From Alkalispirochaeta sp. (GTDB lineage: Bacteria; Spirochaetota; Spirochaetia; DSM-27196; Alkalispirochaetaceae), in the NCBI GenBank assembly GCA_965601925.1, contig OZ271854.1, positions 4,320,001 through 4,384,000 on the forward strand: DNA of 64,000 bases. The letters run 5' to 3'. This document shows, one piece after another, positions 8,624-18,933 of the stretch. How positions within the stretch are numbered: position 1 is the first letter of the stretch; every line of letters starts with the position of its first letter. Under the pieces are notes generated by a model. That model was not told the DNA's origin. It saw only the letters and a list, made by a program, of their open reading frames with translations, and searched no databases. The position numbers and the translations under genes were made by a program.

Positions 8624-11187
8624 TGGCGGAACATCGCGTCTACCGCGAAGAGGTGGACCTTAAATACCAAATCTTCAACGGCCTCTTTCTAAGCTTGCCC
8701 TTTCAGCACGTCCGACGGGCCGGCATTCTTCTGCCCGTCTTCGTCGAGCGTGCCAAGCGCCTCCTCGCCGACGGGGTCGATCCGGTGCGGATCGTCGACA
8801 GCTTTTTCGACGATCAACTCGTCGAGTACTCGCCTGCAGACCGCATGGCGATTCTCTTTCGATTCGTCCAACTCGTGGAGCGCCAAGTCGTGTTGTTCGA
8901 CGCGTTGGAGGACGCCGCCTTTTCTCACGTGCACGATATGGAGGGCGTCGGCACCTTAAACGAGACGCTCGCCCGCATCATCCAGGCGGAACGCCGTCCC
9001 GAGCTCGCGCAAATCGTCTCTGACTTTCGCGTGCGTATCGTTCTGACGGCTCATCCCACGCAGTTTTATCCCAGTCGCGTGTTGGGCATCATTACCGACC
9101 TCATCGACGCGTTGGCGAAAAACGACATATCGCGGATCTACAACTATCTGTTACAACTCGGCAAAACGCGCTTCGGCAATCGACGCAAGCCGAGCCCCAT
9201 GGACGAGGCACGAAGCCTCCTGTGGTATCTGGAGAATGTGTTCTACCACACCTTTCCCGGCGTCCACGCCCGCATTGCGACCGAGTCCCGCCCCACTATG
9301 GGCGAGGCGCTCGATCTGAAACCGATCGTAGAAGTCGGATTCTGGCCCGGAGGAGACCGCGACGGCAACCCCTTCGTCGACGCCAAAACGACGTGGGAAG
9401 TCGCCACCACCCTGCGAAGAAGCATTCTCTCCCTGTACCTCGCCGACGTGGAGATCTTGGCGCGTCGCCTCACTTTCGACGGTGCGATCGACCGCATACG
9501 ATCCATTCGCGCGCGGCTGCGCGCGACCCTCCGCGGTCACTGCGAGGACTCGGACGCGCCCCCCTTCGAGAGGCCCTCGGAACTCAAAGAGGCGCTCGTG
9601 GAGCTGTGGCAACACCTTCACGAAAAACACGACGGACTGTTCGTGGAACCCCTCGAGTCGCTCATTTGGCGCGTACAGGTATTCGGATTTCACTTCGCGA
9701 CCCTCGATATCCGCCAGGATAGCCGCATCCACGGACGTATCGTCGCAGCGGCGATCGGAGACGGGGAGACACTCACACTAGCCGGTGTGACGCGAGCTCT
9801 CGCCGACGGAGTGATCCCCGCGTATGCTGCGGTGGAGAAGATGGTCGCCGACGATGCGGTTCTTTTGGACACCATTCAATCGATACGCGTCGCCCGGGAG
9901 ATCCAGGGCGAGGGAGGCGAACGTGCGCTCCATCGCTACATCATCTCCAACACCCGCGGCGCCGCCGATGTTATAGCCGTGTACCTCCTTGCGCGCATTG
10001 CCGGCTACCCCGAGGGCGGGGTGGACCTCGATATCGTGCCGCTCTTCGAGACGGTAGACGACCTTCGTTCCGCTCCCGAGATCATGCGGACGCTCTATGA
10101 GATGCCGTTGTATCGCGGCCACTTGAAACGGCGCGGCGAGACGCAACAGATCATGCTCGGCTTCTCCGACGGTACGAAGGACGGCGGCTACGTCACGGCC
10201 AACTGGCTCATCTATCGCGCCCGCGAGGATCTTACGGCGTGTGCGGCGCGCTACGGCATCAACGTGGTCTTCTTCGAAGGGCGCGGCGGTCCTCCGGCCC
10301 GGGGAGGCGGTAAGACGCACCAATTCTATCGTGCCATGAGCCGTCTGATGGCGCGTAATCAGATTCACCTCACGATCCAGGGGCAAACGATCAGTTCCAA
10401 CTTCGGAACCGTCGACGCGGCGCGTTTCAACCTCGAGCAGCTGGTAACCGCGGGGCTGGAGAATCTTATCCTGTCGGATGACTACCAGGATCTCACCGAC
10501 GAGCAGCGCACACTCATCGACACCATGAGCGCGCACAGTCTCGAAGCGTATCGTACGCTGAAGCGTCATCCCCAGTTCATGCCGTATCTCGAGCGGATGA
10601 CGCCGTTGATCTACTACGGTCAGGCGAACAACGCGTCACGCCCCACCAGCCGCGGAAGGCGGGATTCGCTGCGCTTGGAGGATCTCAGAGCGATCCCCTT
10701 TGTCGGGGCGTGGAGTCAGATGAAACAGAACGTACCGGGCTATTTCGGATTCGGAAGCGCTCTACAGCACCTCATCGCAGAGGGTCATCTCGAGGATCTG
10801 CGTCGGTTGTACCGCTCTCACCTCTTCTTTCGGACGCTGGTAGAAAACAGCATGCAGAGCCTCAGTAAGGTAAGTTTCGATCTTACGCGCTTCATCTCGA
10901 ACGATCGGCAGTTCTCGCAAATATGGGGCATTCTCGAAGAGGAGACGACGAGAACGCGGGATATGTTGCTCCGGATCGCCGACGCCGAGCGGCTGCTCCC
11001 GAACGACCCGTCGCTCCAGGCGTCAATCGCCCTGCGGGAGTCCATTATTCTGCCCGTTCTGGTGATTCAGCAATACGCTCTTGCGAGAATCCGCGGCGAT
11101 ACGGCGGAGGACGAGGCCGCAAGCCTCAAAAAACTCGTGGTCAAATCGATGGCCGCGATCGTAAACGCCGGGCGCAACTCGGTGTGA
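8623..11187 (+). CDS. ppc: Phosphoenolpyruvate carboxylase
   Basis: VLTAHPTQ, GGDRDGNP, VPLFET, MLGFSDGTKDGG, GRGG..RGG, LRAIPF and terminal GRNSV motifs; GTG overlaps the permease stop. Confidence 0.95.
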   Translation: MAEHRVYREEVDLKYQIFNGLFLSLPFQHVRRAGILLPVFVERAKRLLADGVDPVRIVDSFFDDQLVEYSPADRMAILFRFVQLVERQVVLFDALEDAAFSHVHDMEGVGTLNETLARIIQAERRPELAQIVSDFRVRIVLTAHPTQFYPSRVLGIITDLIDALAKNDISRIYNYLLQLGKTRFGNRRKPSPMDEARSLLWYLENVFYHTFPGVHARIATESRPTMGEALDLKPIVEVGFWPGGDRDGNPFVDAKTTWEVATTLRRSILSLYLADVEILARRLTFDGAIDRIRSIRARLRATLRGHCEDSDAPPFERPSELKEALVELWQHLHEKHDGLFVEPLESLIWRVQVFGFHFATLDIRQDSRIHGRIVAAAIGDGETLTLAGVTRALADGVIPAYAAVEKMVADDAVLLDTIQSIRVAREIQGEGGERALHRYIISNTRGAADVIAVYLLARIAGYPEGGVDLDIVPLFETVDDLRSAPEIMRTLYEMPLYRGHLKRRGETQQIMLGFSDGTKDGGYVTANWLIYRAREDLTACAARYGINVVFFEGRGGPPARGGGKTHQFYRAMSRLMARNQIHLTIQGQTISSNFGTVDAARFNLEQLVTAGLENLILSDDYQDLTDEQRTLIDTMSAHSLEAYRTLKRHPQFMPYLERMTPLIYYGQANNASRPTSRGRRDSLRLEDLRAIPFVGAWSQMKQNVPGYFGFGSALQHLIAEGHLEDLRRLYRSHLFFRTLVENSMQSLSKVSFDLTRFISNDRQFSQIWGILEEETTRTRDMLLRIADAERLLPNDPSLQASIALRESIILPVLVIQQYALARIRGDTAEDEAASLKKLVVKSMAAIVNAGRNSV

Positions 11188-11223
11188 GTAGAGCCCGGCT
11201 CGCCAGCATCTATATCGTGGAGC

Positions 11224-11865
11224 TTACGATGCGCGCTTTCCCGCAGTCTGAGCGACGTCCGGTTCAAGCTTTCCTGCGATCTGAGCGACGTGACGCCCCT
11301 GAAAGCGCGCGCCGTCGAGTTCCACTTCACTCGGCAGCCGGCTGCCGTCCCCACCGGTGATCGTGGAGGCGCCGTAGGGCGATCCGCCGTTTACCGCGTC
11401 GATGGACATCTGTCCCTGGAACGCGTAGGGAAGCCCGACAATCACCATTCCGTGGTGGAGCAGCGTAATCTGCGTCGAAAGAATCGTCGACTCCTGTCCG
11501 CCGTGTTGCGTCGCCGAAGAGGACATGACGCTGCCGACCTTGCCGACTAACGCCCCGCTCATCCACAGGGGGCCGGTCGAGTCGAGGAACATCCGCATCT
11601 GCCCCACCATATTGCCGAAACGCGTCGGTACACCGAAGATGACCGCGTCGGCCGCGGCAAGATCATCGGCGGTCGCAACCGGAACGTCGGCAAACGCCTT
11701 CTGCGCCTCAAGCGCGCCCATCGCCTTCAGAATATCGTCCGACAAGAGCTCGGGAACGCGCTTGATCTCAACCTCGGCACCGGCCTCGCGCGCGCCCTCG
11801 GCCGCTGCCTGCGCCATTTGATACATATGTCCGTACGTTGAATGAAAGACAACGAGTACCTTCAC
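11224..11865 (-). CDS. wrbA: NAD(P)H:quinone oxidoreductase type IV (WrbA)
   Basis: [24 protein letters not shown] and GGSPYGA motifs. Confidence 0.95.
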   Translation of the reverse strand: MKVLVVFHSTYGHMYQMAQAAAEGAREAGAEVEIKRVPELLSDDILKAMGALEAQKAFADVPVATADDLAAADAVIFGVPTRFGNMVGQMRMFLDSTGPLWMSGALVGKVGSVMSSSATQHGGQESTILSTQITLLHHGMVIVGLPYAFQGQMSIDAVNGGSPYGASTITGGDGSRLPSEVELDGARFQGRHVAQIAGKLEPDVAQTAGKRAS

Positions 11866-12338
11866 TGTTCTTCTCCTAATACTGTGTTCTGAACGCCCAG
11901 TCCGAGCTTTTTACACAACCCGGTCAGCGTTTTCTGTTCCTCGTCCGTCAGAACTGCGGCACTACGCGCGAACGCCTCCGCGATCTCGGGAAAATAGCGC
12001 CCTATCAGCGCCTTCCCGTCGTCGGTGAGCTCGAGAATCACCTGTCGTCGATCTTCGGGGAGACTCCCGCGTCGCACCAGTTTCTGACCTTCCAGATGGC
12101 CGACTACCACGCTGATATTGCCCTTCGTTTTGAGTATTTTCTTTGCCACGGTCGTCTGACAGAGCGGTCCCAGATGGAACAGCGCCTCCAAAACACCGAA
12201 CTGTGTCGGCGTCAGCCCGTCGGGGAGCGGTGCGTGCCGAAACGCGCCCCTCTGATAGGTGTCGGTCGCCCGCGACAGGGCTATAAACAGATCGAGAGCG
12301 GTCCGCTCAGCGTCGCTCCCTCGATGATGTGTCGCCAT
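11862..12338 (-). CDS. MarR-family transcriptional regulator (MhqR-like)
   Basis: [18 protein letters not shown]...[11 protein letters not shown] winged helix; overlaps wrbA by 4 nt. Confidence 0.88.
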   Translation of the reverse strand: MATHHRGSDAERTALDLFIALSRATDTYQRGAFRHAPLPDGLTPTQFGVLEALFHLGPLCQTTVAKKILKTKGNISVVVGHLEGQKLVRRGSLPEDRRQVILELTDDGKALIGRYFPEIAEAFARSAAVLTDEEQKTLTGLCKKLGLGVQNTVLGEEQ

Positions 12339-12377
12339 ATCCCTTCCCTCGAAACGTGTTGTGATTGCGCAATCTCA

Positions 12378-12403
12378 TTCAACATTGAACATTCAATGTT
12401 GAA
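12378..12403. promoter_or_regulatory. Perfect inverted repeat, probable MarR operator
   Basis: TTCAACATTGAA-CA-TTCAATGTTGAA, 40 nt upstream of the marR start. Confidence 0.7.
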
Positions 12404-12482
12404 CTGAATAGAGAGTATCGCTCGCCCGTACGGATCGTCAACTTCTTTTTAAAGAAAATCGCGGCGCGGAAATGGGTGTTCT

Positions 12483-13151
12483 CTATCGCTGGACCGATTC
12501 GACGGCTCCCAGACCGTCTATGTCGATATCCTCTCGCGAGACCGTCCCGCCGTATACGACGCGGCCCACGCCGTCGATGGACCCCATCAACACGCCGCCG
12601 GCCATGGTGAGGTCGACGCTTCCGGCGCCGTCGATATCGATGGTCGCGTGTACCACTTGTGACGCCGACAGGTCCACGCGTGCCGCGCCGTCGGTCTCGA
12701 TCGTGAGCGCGTCGACATGCAGCTCCACCCCATAGACGTTTGCGGCGCCGTCGATGTCAATTTCCAAGGTGTCAAGGTCGAAATCGTCGACGGTGATATG
12801 GGAGGCGCCGTCGATCGCGATTGTCCGCAGCGTCGGGAGGGTGACCAGCGCCTCGGCGTTCCGCACACCCGACAGACCGCGCAGCGTCAACTCGTCTCCG
12901 TCTACCTCTATATAGCGGTCGATAGAACCCGGGGCGGACGAATCCAAGGATACCGAAGGGCTCTCGCCGTAGCGTACCGAGACGGTCCATCGACCCTCGA
13001 TGTGCAACTCGTCGACAGTGGAGGGTAACGGAGAATCGGCGGTTGGGCTCGCCTCTCGGCGCGGGAAAAGCCGATTCCCGAATAGACCGATGCCGACCAA
13101 CACACCGATAAACAGCAGTATCAGAACCGTAGTGCGTCGCGTACGTTGCAT
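12483..13151 (-). CDS. Membrane-anchored DUF2807/GIN-like beta-helix protein
   Basis: N-terminal TM segment, then repeated I-D-G-A-x-x-V motifs. Confidence 0.7.
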   Translation of the reverse strand: MQRTRRTTVLILLFIGVLVGIGLFGNRLFPRREASPTADSPLPSTVDELHIEGRWTVSVRYGESPSVSLDSSAPGSIDRYIEVDGDELTLRGLSGVRNAEALVTLPTLRTIAIDGASHITVDDFDLDTLEIDIDGAANVYGVELHVDALTIETDGAARVDLSASQVVHATIDIDGAGSVDLTMAGGVLMGSIDGVGRVVYGGTVSREDIDIDGLGAVESVQR

Positions 13152-13187
13152 ATCGTCATCGTATCACGATCGATCCGCCTGCGTCCC

Positions 13188-14288
13188 TCACGCGAGGAGA
13201 CGAATTCGGCTGAAGATGTACTCAAGCGTATCTTCCTTTATCACGATTCGGTGGTAGGTCGAGTCGGGCAACGTCTCGACATTCTTGGCCCGGTATTGCA
13301 AGTATTTTTGCTTGCGACGACCGTCGTACCAATAGACGAGGCGTATCGTGTCTCCCAGTATCTCCAAGCACGTCATGCCCCGCTTCCCCAGCACGCACCC
13401 GGAATTAAACATACTCGGTACGAGCAGGTGCTCGCGATAGAGGCTCGCCTGATCCGACTCGCTTCGCGCCTCCTCCCGTACCTCCAACAACTCCCGTTTA
13501 AGAACTGCGATGCGATTCTCGATCTTACCGGGCTTATGACTCTTGGGATACTTTCTGCAGAGCTGCTCGATCTCGAATTGGATCGAGTCGGTCTTGGACA
13601 TCGACTCGAAGAGCGGGCGATGCGTGTGCCCGATAACGGCGAGTATCTTACGTTCCGTGGCAAAATCATAGACTCGCCGTTCGATCCGAAATCGCTTGCG
13701 ACTCCCGGCGGCAATCGTGTAGTTCCCGATGAAGAGCGGGTTGGCCAGATAACGCAGGGCGATGCGAACGAGGTTGTTATGTTTCTCGTACCATCGCGAG
13801 GTCTGGTGACCGTGGAAGAGAAACAACTCGCCGCTCGTATGACGCAGTCGCAGCCCTTCGAGCACGGGGTCGGTGTATGTCTCGGGCCACTGCTCGTTGG
13901 CGTCCGTCTCCGGCGCTTGCGTCCACGGCCTGCCGTCGAGCAAATCGAGGTCGTGATTACCGACGATACGCGTGAGGCCGCCTCGCTCTACGATCTCGTT
14001 GAATGCGCGGTACACCTGCGGCCAACGTCGTACCACCGACCGCATGGAGAACCGCTGGAGGTCCTCCACGTCGCCGTTGAGAATGAGATGATACCGATGG
14101 TCGGCGTAATAACGCGATAGCACGGTAGCGAACAGATCGCCGTTGTGAATGAAGTCGTCGGTACGCGACCCGTTTCCCATGTGCAGATCGCTGAACACGA
14201 CGAGACGATGGTCACGTTCCAAGGGCCTGACCGGCACCCGATCATATAACTGCGTAAGACTTTGAATGCTGAACCGATCTCCGCTCAC
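13188..14288 (-). CDS. Calcineurin-like metallophosphoesterase
   Basis: SDLH, NGD, GNHD, FHGH and GHTH motifs; start codon uncertain (GTG 14288 chosen). Confidence 0.85.
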   Translation of the reverse strand: MSGDRFSIQSLTQLYDRVPVRPLERDHRLVVFSDLHMGNGSRTDDFIHNGDLFATVLSRYYADHRYHLILNGDVEDLQRFSMRSVVRRWPQVYRAFNEIVERGGLTRIVGNHDLDLLDGRPWTQAPETDANEQWPETYTDPVLEGLRLRHTSGELFLFHGHQTSRWYEKHNNLVRIALRYLANPLFIGNYTIAAGSRKRFRIERRVYDFATERKILAVIGHTHRPLFESMSKTDSIQFEIEQLCRKYPKSHKPGKIENRIAVLKRELLEVREEARSESDQASLYREHLLVPSMFNSGCVLGKRGMTCLEILGDTIRLVYWYDGRRKQKYLQYRAKNVETLPDSTYHRIVIKEDTLEYIFSRIRLLA

Positions 14289-14311
14289 AGCGAGACCGTA
14301 TGAGGATGGTG

Positions 14312-15184
14312 TTAGTTTTTGGTTACCGCGGAGTCGCCGAGGGTCCAAATCTGCACCTCGCCGGACCGAAATCCCAACGCCATCCGTCGCCTGGACGGAT
14401 CCAACGCCGCCGCGGAGACCCTCGGAATGGAGAGATCGCGGAGGTGCATCATACTCTTAAGATCGACGGCGACGAGGTGTCGACTATCTCGAAGCCAAAG
14501 CACATGATCCCGCTGACCGACGATACGCCCCTGCCCCTCCAATCGAACCTCCATGGACGAGAGCTTCACCCAACCGTCGGCGAGCCACATGGTGAGGCGA
14601 GAATCGTAGTCGAGGGTGAAAACCAGGCCGCCGTGAGCCGGCAGGAGGTCGTGAACGAGTAGTGACGGAATCGTCGTAGTGTGAACCACCTCGAGATTGG
14701 CCGGAGAGCGTATCTCGATGCGGTTTCCCGAGCCCCACGTCAAGAGCGCCGCTTCGTCCCGAGAAAGGCGCGCAAAGACGGGCCCCGCGACGTCACGCTT
14801 GTCGCGCAGAAAGAACGGGCCCTCGTCGGCAATGGCGATCGTTCCGTCGAACCCGGTGGCGATCGTTCGCGTTCGTTCGGCATCGTAACACAACGACGCG
14901 ACGCCGCGCCGAAAGCGGTCGAGACGGCGGGAGTTTGCCGGATTTCCCGTGAGCGCTACGATGCTACCGTCGAAACAGCCTGCACGAACCTCGCCGTTGC
15001 GCCCCGTGGACAGGGCGGTAATACTGCGTTTTCCCGCCTGTAGACGCCATGAACAGCCGAACTCGTCCCAACACGCCAGCCATCCCCGCGTATCGCCGGT
15101 GTATAGCACCCCTCGGTCGTCGAAGCATAGCGACGTTACGGCGCGGCGGTGCGCTTTTACGGAGAATTCGAGCAACCCGAGCAT
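14312..15184 (-). CDS. WD40-like beta-propeller protein
   Basis: AH...VTSLCF...LYTGD..G.LACWD, GCFDGSI, TGFDGTI and GEVQIW repeats; ATG 15184 just below a TTGCCG-17-TACCCT promoter. Confidence 0.7.
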   Translation of the reverse strand: MLGLLEFSVKAHRRAVTSLCFDDRGVLYTGDTRGWLACWDEFGCSWRLQAGKRSITALSTGRNGEVRAGCFDGSIVALTGNPANSRRLDRFRRGVASLCYDAERTRTIATGFDGTIAIADEGPFFLRDKRDVAGPVFARLSRDEAALLTWGSGNRIEIRSPANLEVVHTTTIPSLLVHDLLPAHGGLVFTLDYDSRLTMWLADGWVKLSSMEVRLEGQGRIVGQRDHVLWLRDSRHLVAVDLKSMMHLRDLSIPRVSAAALDPSRRRMALGFRSGEVQIWTLGDSAVTKN

Positions 15185-15288
15185 CTGTGATAAGGGTATC
15201 GACCCGGTTCGTCGTCGGCAAGTAGAGGCGAGCGTCGATTTGGTTTGGCTCAGAACAGTATTGTAGTATATTATCCGATAAGTAGTGT

Positions 15289-17079
15289 ATGCAGCCCGAT
15301 TACGTAGGTTTCGAAACCAAACAGCGCGAAGAGCTGCTCTCCCAGTTTGGAACGTTCTCACCCGGTGAGAGGGATCTGTTTCATGCGCTGTGTCAAAACT
15401 GGCAGGAGCGGATTCCGTACGGCCGTTTCTCGGCCTTCTTGAATAGAGAAAACGGCGGCACCACATCGGATTTGCTCTCTCTCATGGATAAGCTGCGCCG
15501 TAATCGCATGGGTTTGCTGCGTACCGCGATGCAGGACGGTCGGCGTTCCCGCGAAGCGATCATCCTCACCGGTCAGGGCAGTTCGCGCTTTTACGCGGAG
15601 CTCTTTGACGAGTACTTTACCGACATGCTCGAGTCGATCGTCAATCCCCTTCCGCTGGCAAGCTACATCGAGAAGGATTTCGGCGAGATACCGCGCGACG
15701 CACTACAGACGGTGTCGGCCGCCAAGGCCGCAACCTATTTCGGCGGTAAAGCGACCGCGGAGCTCCCCCTGGCGATAGAGAGCTTCGGGGACGATGCACT
15801 GCTCATTACCCAGAAGAACCTGCGCGCCTTTATCAACGTGTCGATTCTCAAGATGCGCTACTTTCTCAACAACACGACCCTCCTCGGCGTACTCGCCAAG
15901 CTGCAGGATACCAGTCTCCTCAACATCAAGCAGCGCTGCGGCGGAAAGGAGCCGATGTTCTGGCTCGGCCTTACCAAGACGATCGTGGAACGCGCGAGGG
16001 ATATCGAGGCGATGCGAGCCGTAAACGTCGATTCGAACTTTTTCCACGTCGCCTGCCTCCTCAGGGGACTGATTGAATCGCAAATCGCCGAGGCGGAGCA
16101 GAAAAAGCAAGAGGCGGAAAACCGCCGCCTCGACTTGGAGGCGATCGCCTTGTCGGTCAAAGAGGCGCCCGACGGACTGATCGATCAATCGCAACTGTCG
16201 CGCATGCTGGAGGCGCAGAAGGAGAAGTATGCGGATCGGTTCGACCAATTTCGCGACGAGTTCTACGAGCGGTACGTCCACGCCCGATCCCGTACCGCGC
16301 TTCCCAAAATCGTGTTATTGAACCGGCGCTACATTCATCGCGACAACGTGTTCCCTCTGTTCATGCAGAACTTTCGCGTCCTCGAGGAGGAGTTGACCGC
16401 ATATTTCACCCATCTAATGGAGACACAACTCAAGACGGGTAACCGTGAAAAAGATGCCAGTTTCTATAGTCTCGACAACTTCAACGAATCGATTCGCCAG
16501 GAAATACGAGAGCGCAACGACTACATAGCGGCAATAGTGGACAAGCCCTCGGTGCTGGGCGAGGCGATGATACTCCACGCCAAGCAGAACAAACTGGCGC
16601 GCAACGTAGACGAAATCAAACAACGGCTAAGTCTCTACTTCGATCCTTCGACAATGAAATTTCTCCCGTTCAACGAGTGGTTTAACCTTCGGCCCCTGGA
16701 ACTGTTCGGTCGAGCGTTCGAGAAACTCCCGATACTGAAGCGCATATGGATACGTCTAACCGGTAAATACGAAAGTTTCCGCGGCCACTTTCTCGGTCAA
16801 ACCACGAGCCGCGATACCACCCGTATCGAGACGCCCGGGGAGAGCCGCGCCGACGGATTCTCCACGACGGGGCCCCGGGCGGCGGGCGTAGACGAGGGGC
16901 GCCGAGCCGAACGGGTTCGCGGCGCCCGTCATCGCGCGGCCGCTCCCCAGAAATCGAGCTCCGGTTCCTCCGACAAGCAGCCGGCAAAGGGTACTGCCAA
17001 GGTTCCCAAGTCGTATACCAAAAAACAGGTCGACAGCGCTTGGGCCGAGTTCGGCAGCACGATCCGCAAAAAGGATTGA
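15289..17079 (+). CDS. Hypothetical 596-aa protein (helical, charged low-complexity C-terminus)
   Basis: Long ORF with protein-like composition; no family recognised. Confidence 0.8.
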   Translation: MQPDYVGFETKQREELLSQFGTFSPGERDLFHALCQNWQERIPYGRFSAFLNRENGGTTSDLLSLMDKLRRNRMGLLRTAMQDGRRSREAIILTGQGSSRFYAELFDEYFTDMLESIVNPLPLASYIEKDFGEIPRDALQTVSAAKAATYFGGKATAELPLAIESFGDDALLITQKNLRAFINVSILKMRYFLNNTTLLGVLAKLQDTSLLNIKQRCGGKEPMFWLGLTKTIVERARDIEAMRAVNVDSNFFHVACLLRGLIESQIAEAEQKKQEAENRRLDLEAIALSVKEAPDGLIDQSQLSRMLEAQKEKYADRFDQFRDEFYERYVHARSRTALPKIVLLNRRYIHRDNVFPLFMQNFRVLEEELTAYFTHLMETQLKTGNREKDASFYSLDNFNESIRQEIRERNDYIAAIVDKPSVLGEAMILHAKQNKLARNVDEIKQRLSLYFDPSTMKFLPFNEWFNLRPLELFGRAFEKLPILKRIWIRLTGKYESFRGHFLGQTTSRDTTRIETPGESRADGFSTTGPRAAGVDEGRRAERVRGARHRAAAPQKSSSGSSDKQPAKGTAKVPKSYTKKQVDSAWAEFGSTIRKKD

Positions 17080-17083
17080 CCCC

Positions 17084-17596
17084 CTACACGGTACGCGGAC
17101 CGTCGCCGGGACCGGCGCTGACGGTGACGACCGCCTCGACCATCCAACAGTTGCGGTACGGCTCGGCGCTCTGCCTGCGAAGATAGAAGTCGTACACGAC
17201 GACATGCCCTTGGGTGTATACCGAGACGCGCTGTACCGCGACCTCGCCGCGCGTGACGGTGGGCGCCAACTCAAAGCGATCGTACTCCAACATGGCGCCG
17301 TACTCACCACCTTTTATCATAGCGGCAAACCGTTCGAGCGGGCCGGTGGAAAGACGGTTCGCGGGACTCGCAAAGCGGAAGGCTATCGCAATGCCCTCAT
17401 CGAGTTCGTTATTGTTTCCGAGGGCTCGAAGTTGTATATCGACCACATCGAGCGGCGAAAACGCAGGATCCGGAGTCAGCTCTCTCACCGGCGAAAGCCC
17501 GTCGGCGTTCGTGGTGCACGAGAGAAGCGCCGCCATAGCGGCCAAGACGAGAAGAAATCGTAAAAAAATGCCATACTGGCGGCGTGACGATACCAT
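17084..17596 (-). CDS. DUF4864-like probable lipoprotein
   Basis: LLSC lipobox; VVDIQLRAL...AFRFASP...F..MI...Y...W.VEAV pattern. Confidence 0.65.
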   Translation of the reverse strand: MVSSRRQYGIFLRFLLVLAAMAALLSCTTNADGLSPVRELTPDPAFSPLDVVDIQLRALGNNNELDEGIAIAFRFASPANRLSTGPLERFAAMIKGGEYGAMLEYDRFELAPTVTRGEVAVQRVSVYTQGHVVVYDFYLRRQSAEPYRNCWMVEAVVTVSAGPGDGPRTV

Positions 17597-18933
17597 ATGT
17601 ACACGGTACGGCCGGCGAGAGGGCCTCGACAAGTCCACAGAAGCGTATCATCGATCTTGCGATAGTCGGGGCCGGTCCGCACGGCGTTCACCTGATGAGC
17701 CGGATCGTGGGTGAAGGAGTACTCGAGTCGGGGAGGTGCCTCCTCATCGATCCGGCCGACGCGCCTTTTGCACAATGGAATCGTCGCGCCGCGAATTGCA
17801 CGATGCCGTTTCTGCGCTCACCGGCGAGCCACGGTATCGACCCGGACTTTCGAGCCGTGAGACGGTCGGCTCCCGCAGACGGGGACGATCACTTTACCGC
17901 GCCCTACCATCGTCCTTCGGCAGCGCTGTTTGAGCGCCATCTCGCCGATCGCGCTCACCGCACCCTCGGTGGGGTATCGTTTCTCCGGGGTCGCGTCACC
18001 GACATTCGACCGAGCGCGGCAGCACGCTTTCGCCTACTCGTAGAACCCGCCATCGATACGGATCGCGCGGGAGAGGCGCTCGACTATCGTCCGGTACGTA
18101 TTGACGCGCGAGTGGTGATTCTCGCTCCTGGGCAACCGGAACCGCTACGTCCCACGCCGTTCGACACCCTCCCGTCCACCGCTCCGGTGTACCATGTTCA
18201 CGATCGAGATTTTGACCCCGCCGCGCTTCGGAGCGGTATGCGTGTCGCGCTGGTCGGCGGCGGCATTGCGGCCGCTCATCTCGCCGTAAGCCTCACGGCG
18301 CGCGGAGTGGGTTGCGAAATATGGAATAGAGATCGCATGACTTCATGGCAGTTCGATAGTGATCCGTGCTTCATCGGTCCCCGATGCGCGGCACTCTTCG
18401 CCGCGATCGAGGATTACGGACATCGGCGGGAGCTCATCAGAAGGAGCCGTCGCCCCGGAAGCCTGCCCCCGGACCTTTTTGAACAGCTCGCGCATCTGGT
18501 CGCCCACCGCCGCGTACTCGTCCGACGCGCGGAGGTAGAGTCCGCACGAGCCTCGGGGCGCACCGTCTCACTCGCCGGGCGGGCACCGGCATCGATACCG
18601 CGCCAAGCGATACCGCGTCAAGCGATACCGCGCCAAGCGATACTACGAAAGACGCCCCCGCACCGTGCCGAGTACGACGCAACCGTCCTATGTACCGGAT
18701 TCTCGTCAAGGCCGCCGATGGAGGAAACGATACGCGCTATCGCGGGGCGGTGGGACGTGCCGGTCACCGACGACACCTATCCCATATTGAGACGAGACCT
18801 CTCCTGGACGCCCGGCCTCTACGTCACCGGCGCATTGGCGGAGCTGGAGTTGGGACCGCCGGCTCGCAATCTCATCGGCGCCCATCTGGCCGGTAGACGC
18901 ATCGTTCCGTCCGTGCGACGCGACGTCTCATAG
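17584..18933 (+). CDS. FAD/NAD(P)-binding oxidoreductase (monooxygenase-like)
   Basis: IVGAGPHG and LVGGGIAA Rossmann motifs, LCTGF, GLYVTG; start uncertain. Confidence 0.75.
   Translation: MTIPYVHGTAGERASTSPQKRIIDLAIVGAGPHGVHLMSRIVGEGVLESGRCLLIDPADAPFAQWNRRAANCTMPFLRSPASHGIDPDFRAVRRSAPADGDDHFTAPYHRPSAALFERHLADRAHRTLGGVSFLRGRVTDIRPSAAARFRLLVEPAIDTDRAGEALDYRPVRIDARVVILAPGQPEPLRPTPFDTLPSTAPVYHVHDRDFDPAALRSGMRVALVGGGIAAAHLAVSLTARGVGCEIWNRDRMTSWQFDSDPCFIGPRCAALFAAIEDYGHRRELIRRSRRPGSLPPDLFEQLAHLVAHRRVLVRRAEVESARASGRTVSLAGRAPASIPRQAIPRQAIPRQAILRKTPPHRAEYDATVLCTGFSSRPPMEETIRAIAGRWDVPVTDDTYPILRRDLSWTPGLYVTGALAELELGPPARNLIGAHLAGRRIVPSVRRDVS
18593..18643 (+). repeat. 15-bp in-frame tandem repeat, about 3.4 copies (IPRQA)n
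   Basis: CGATACCGCGCCAAG CGATACCGCGTCAAG CGATACCGCGCCAAG CGATAC. Confidence 0.95.
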
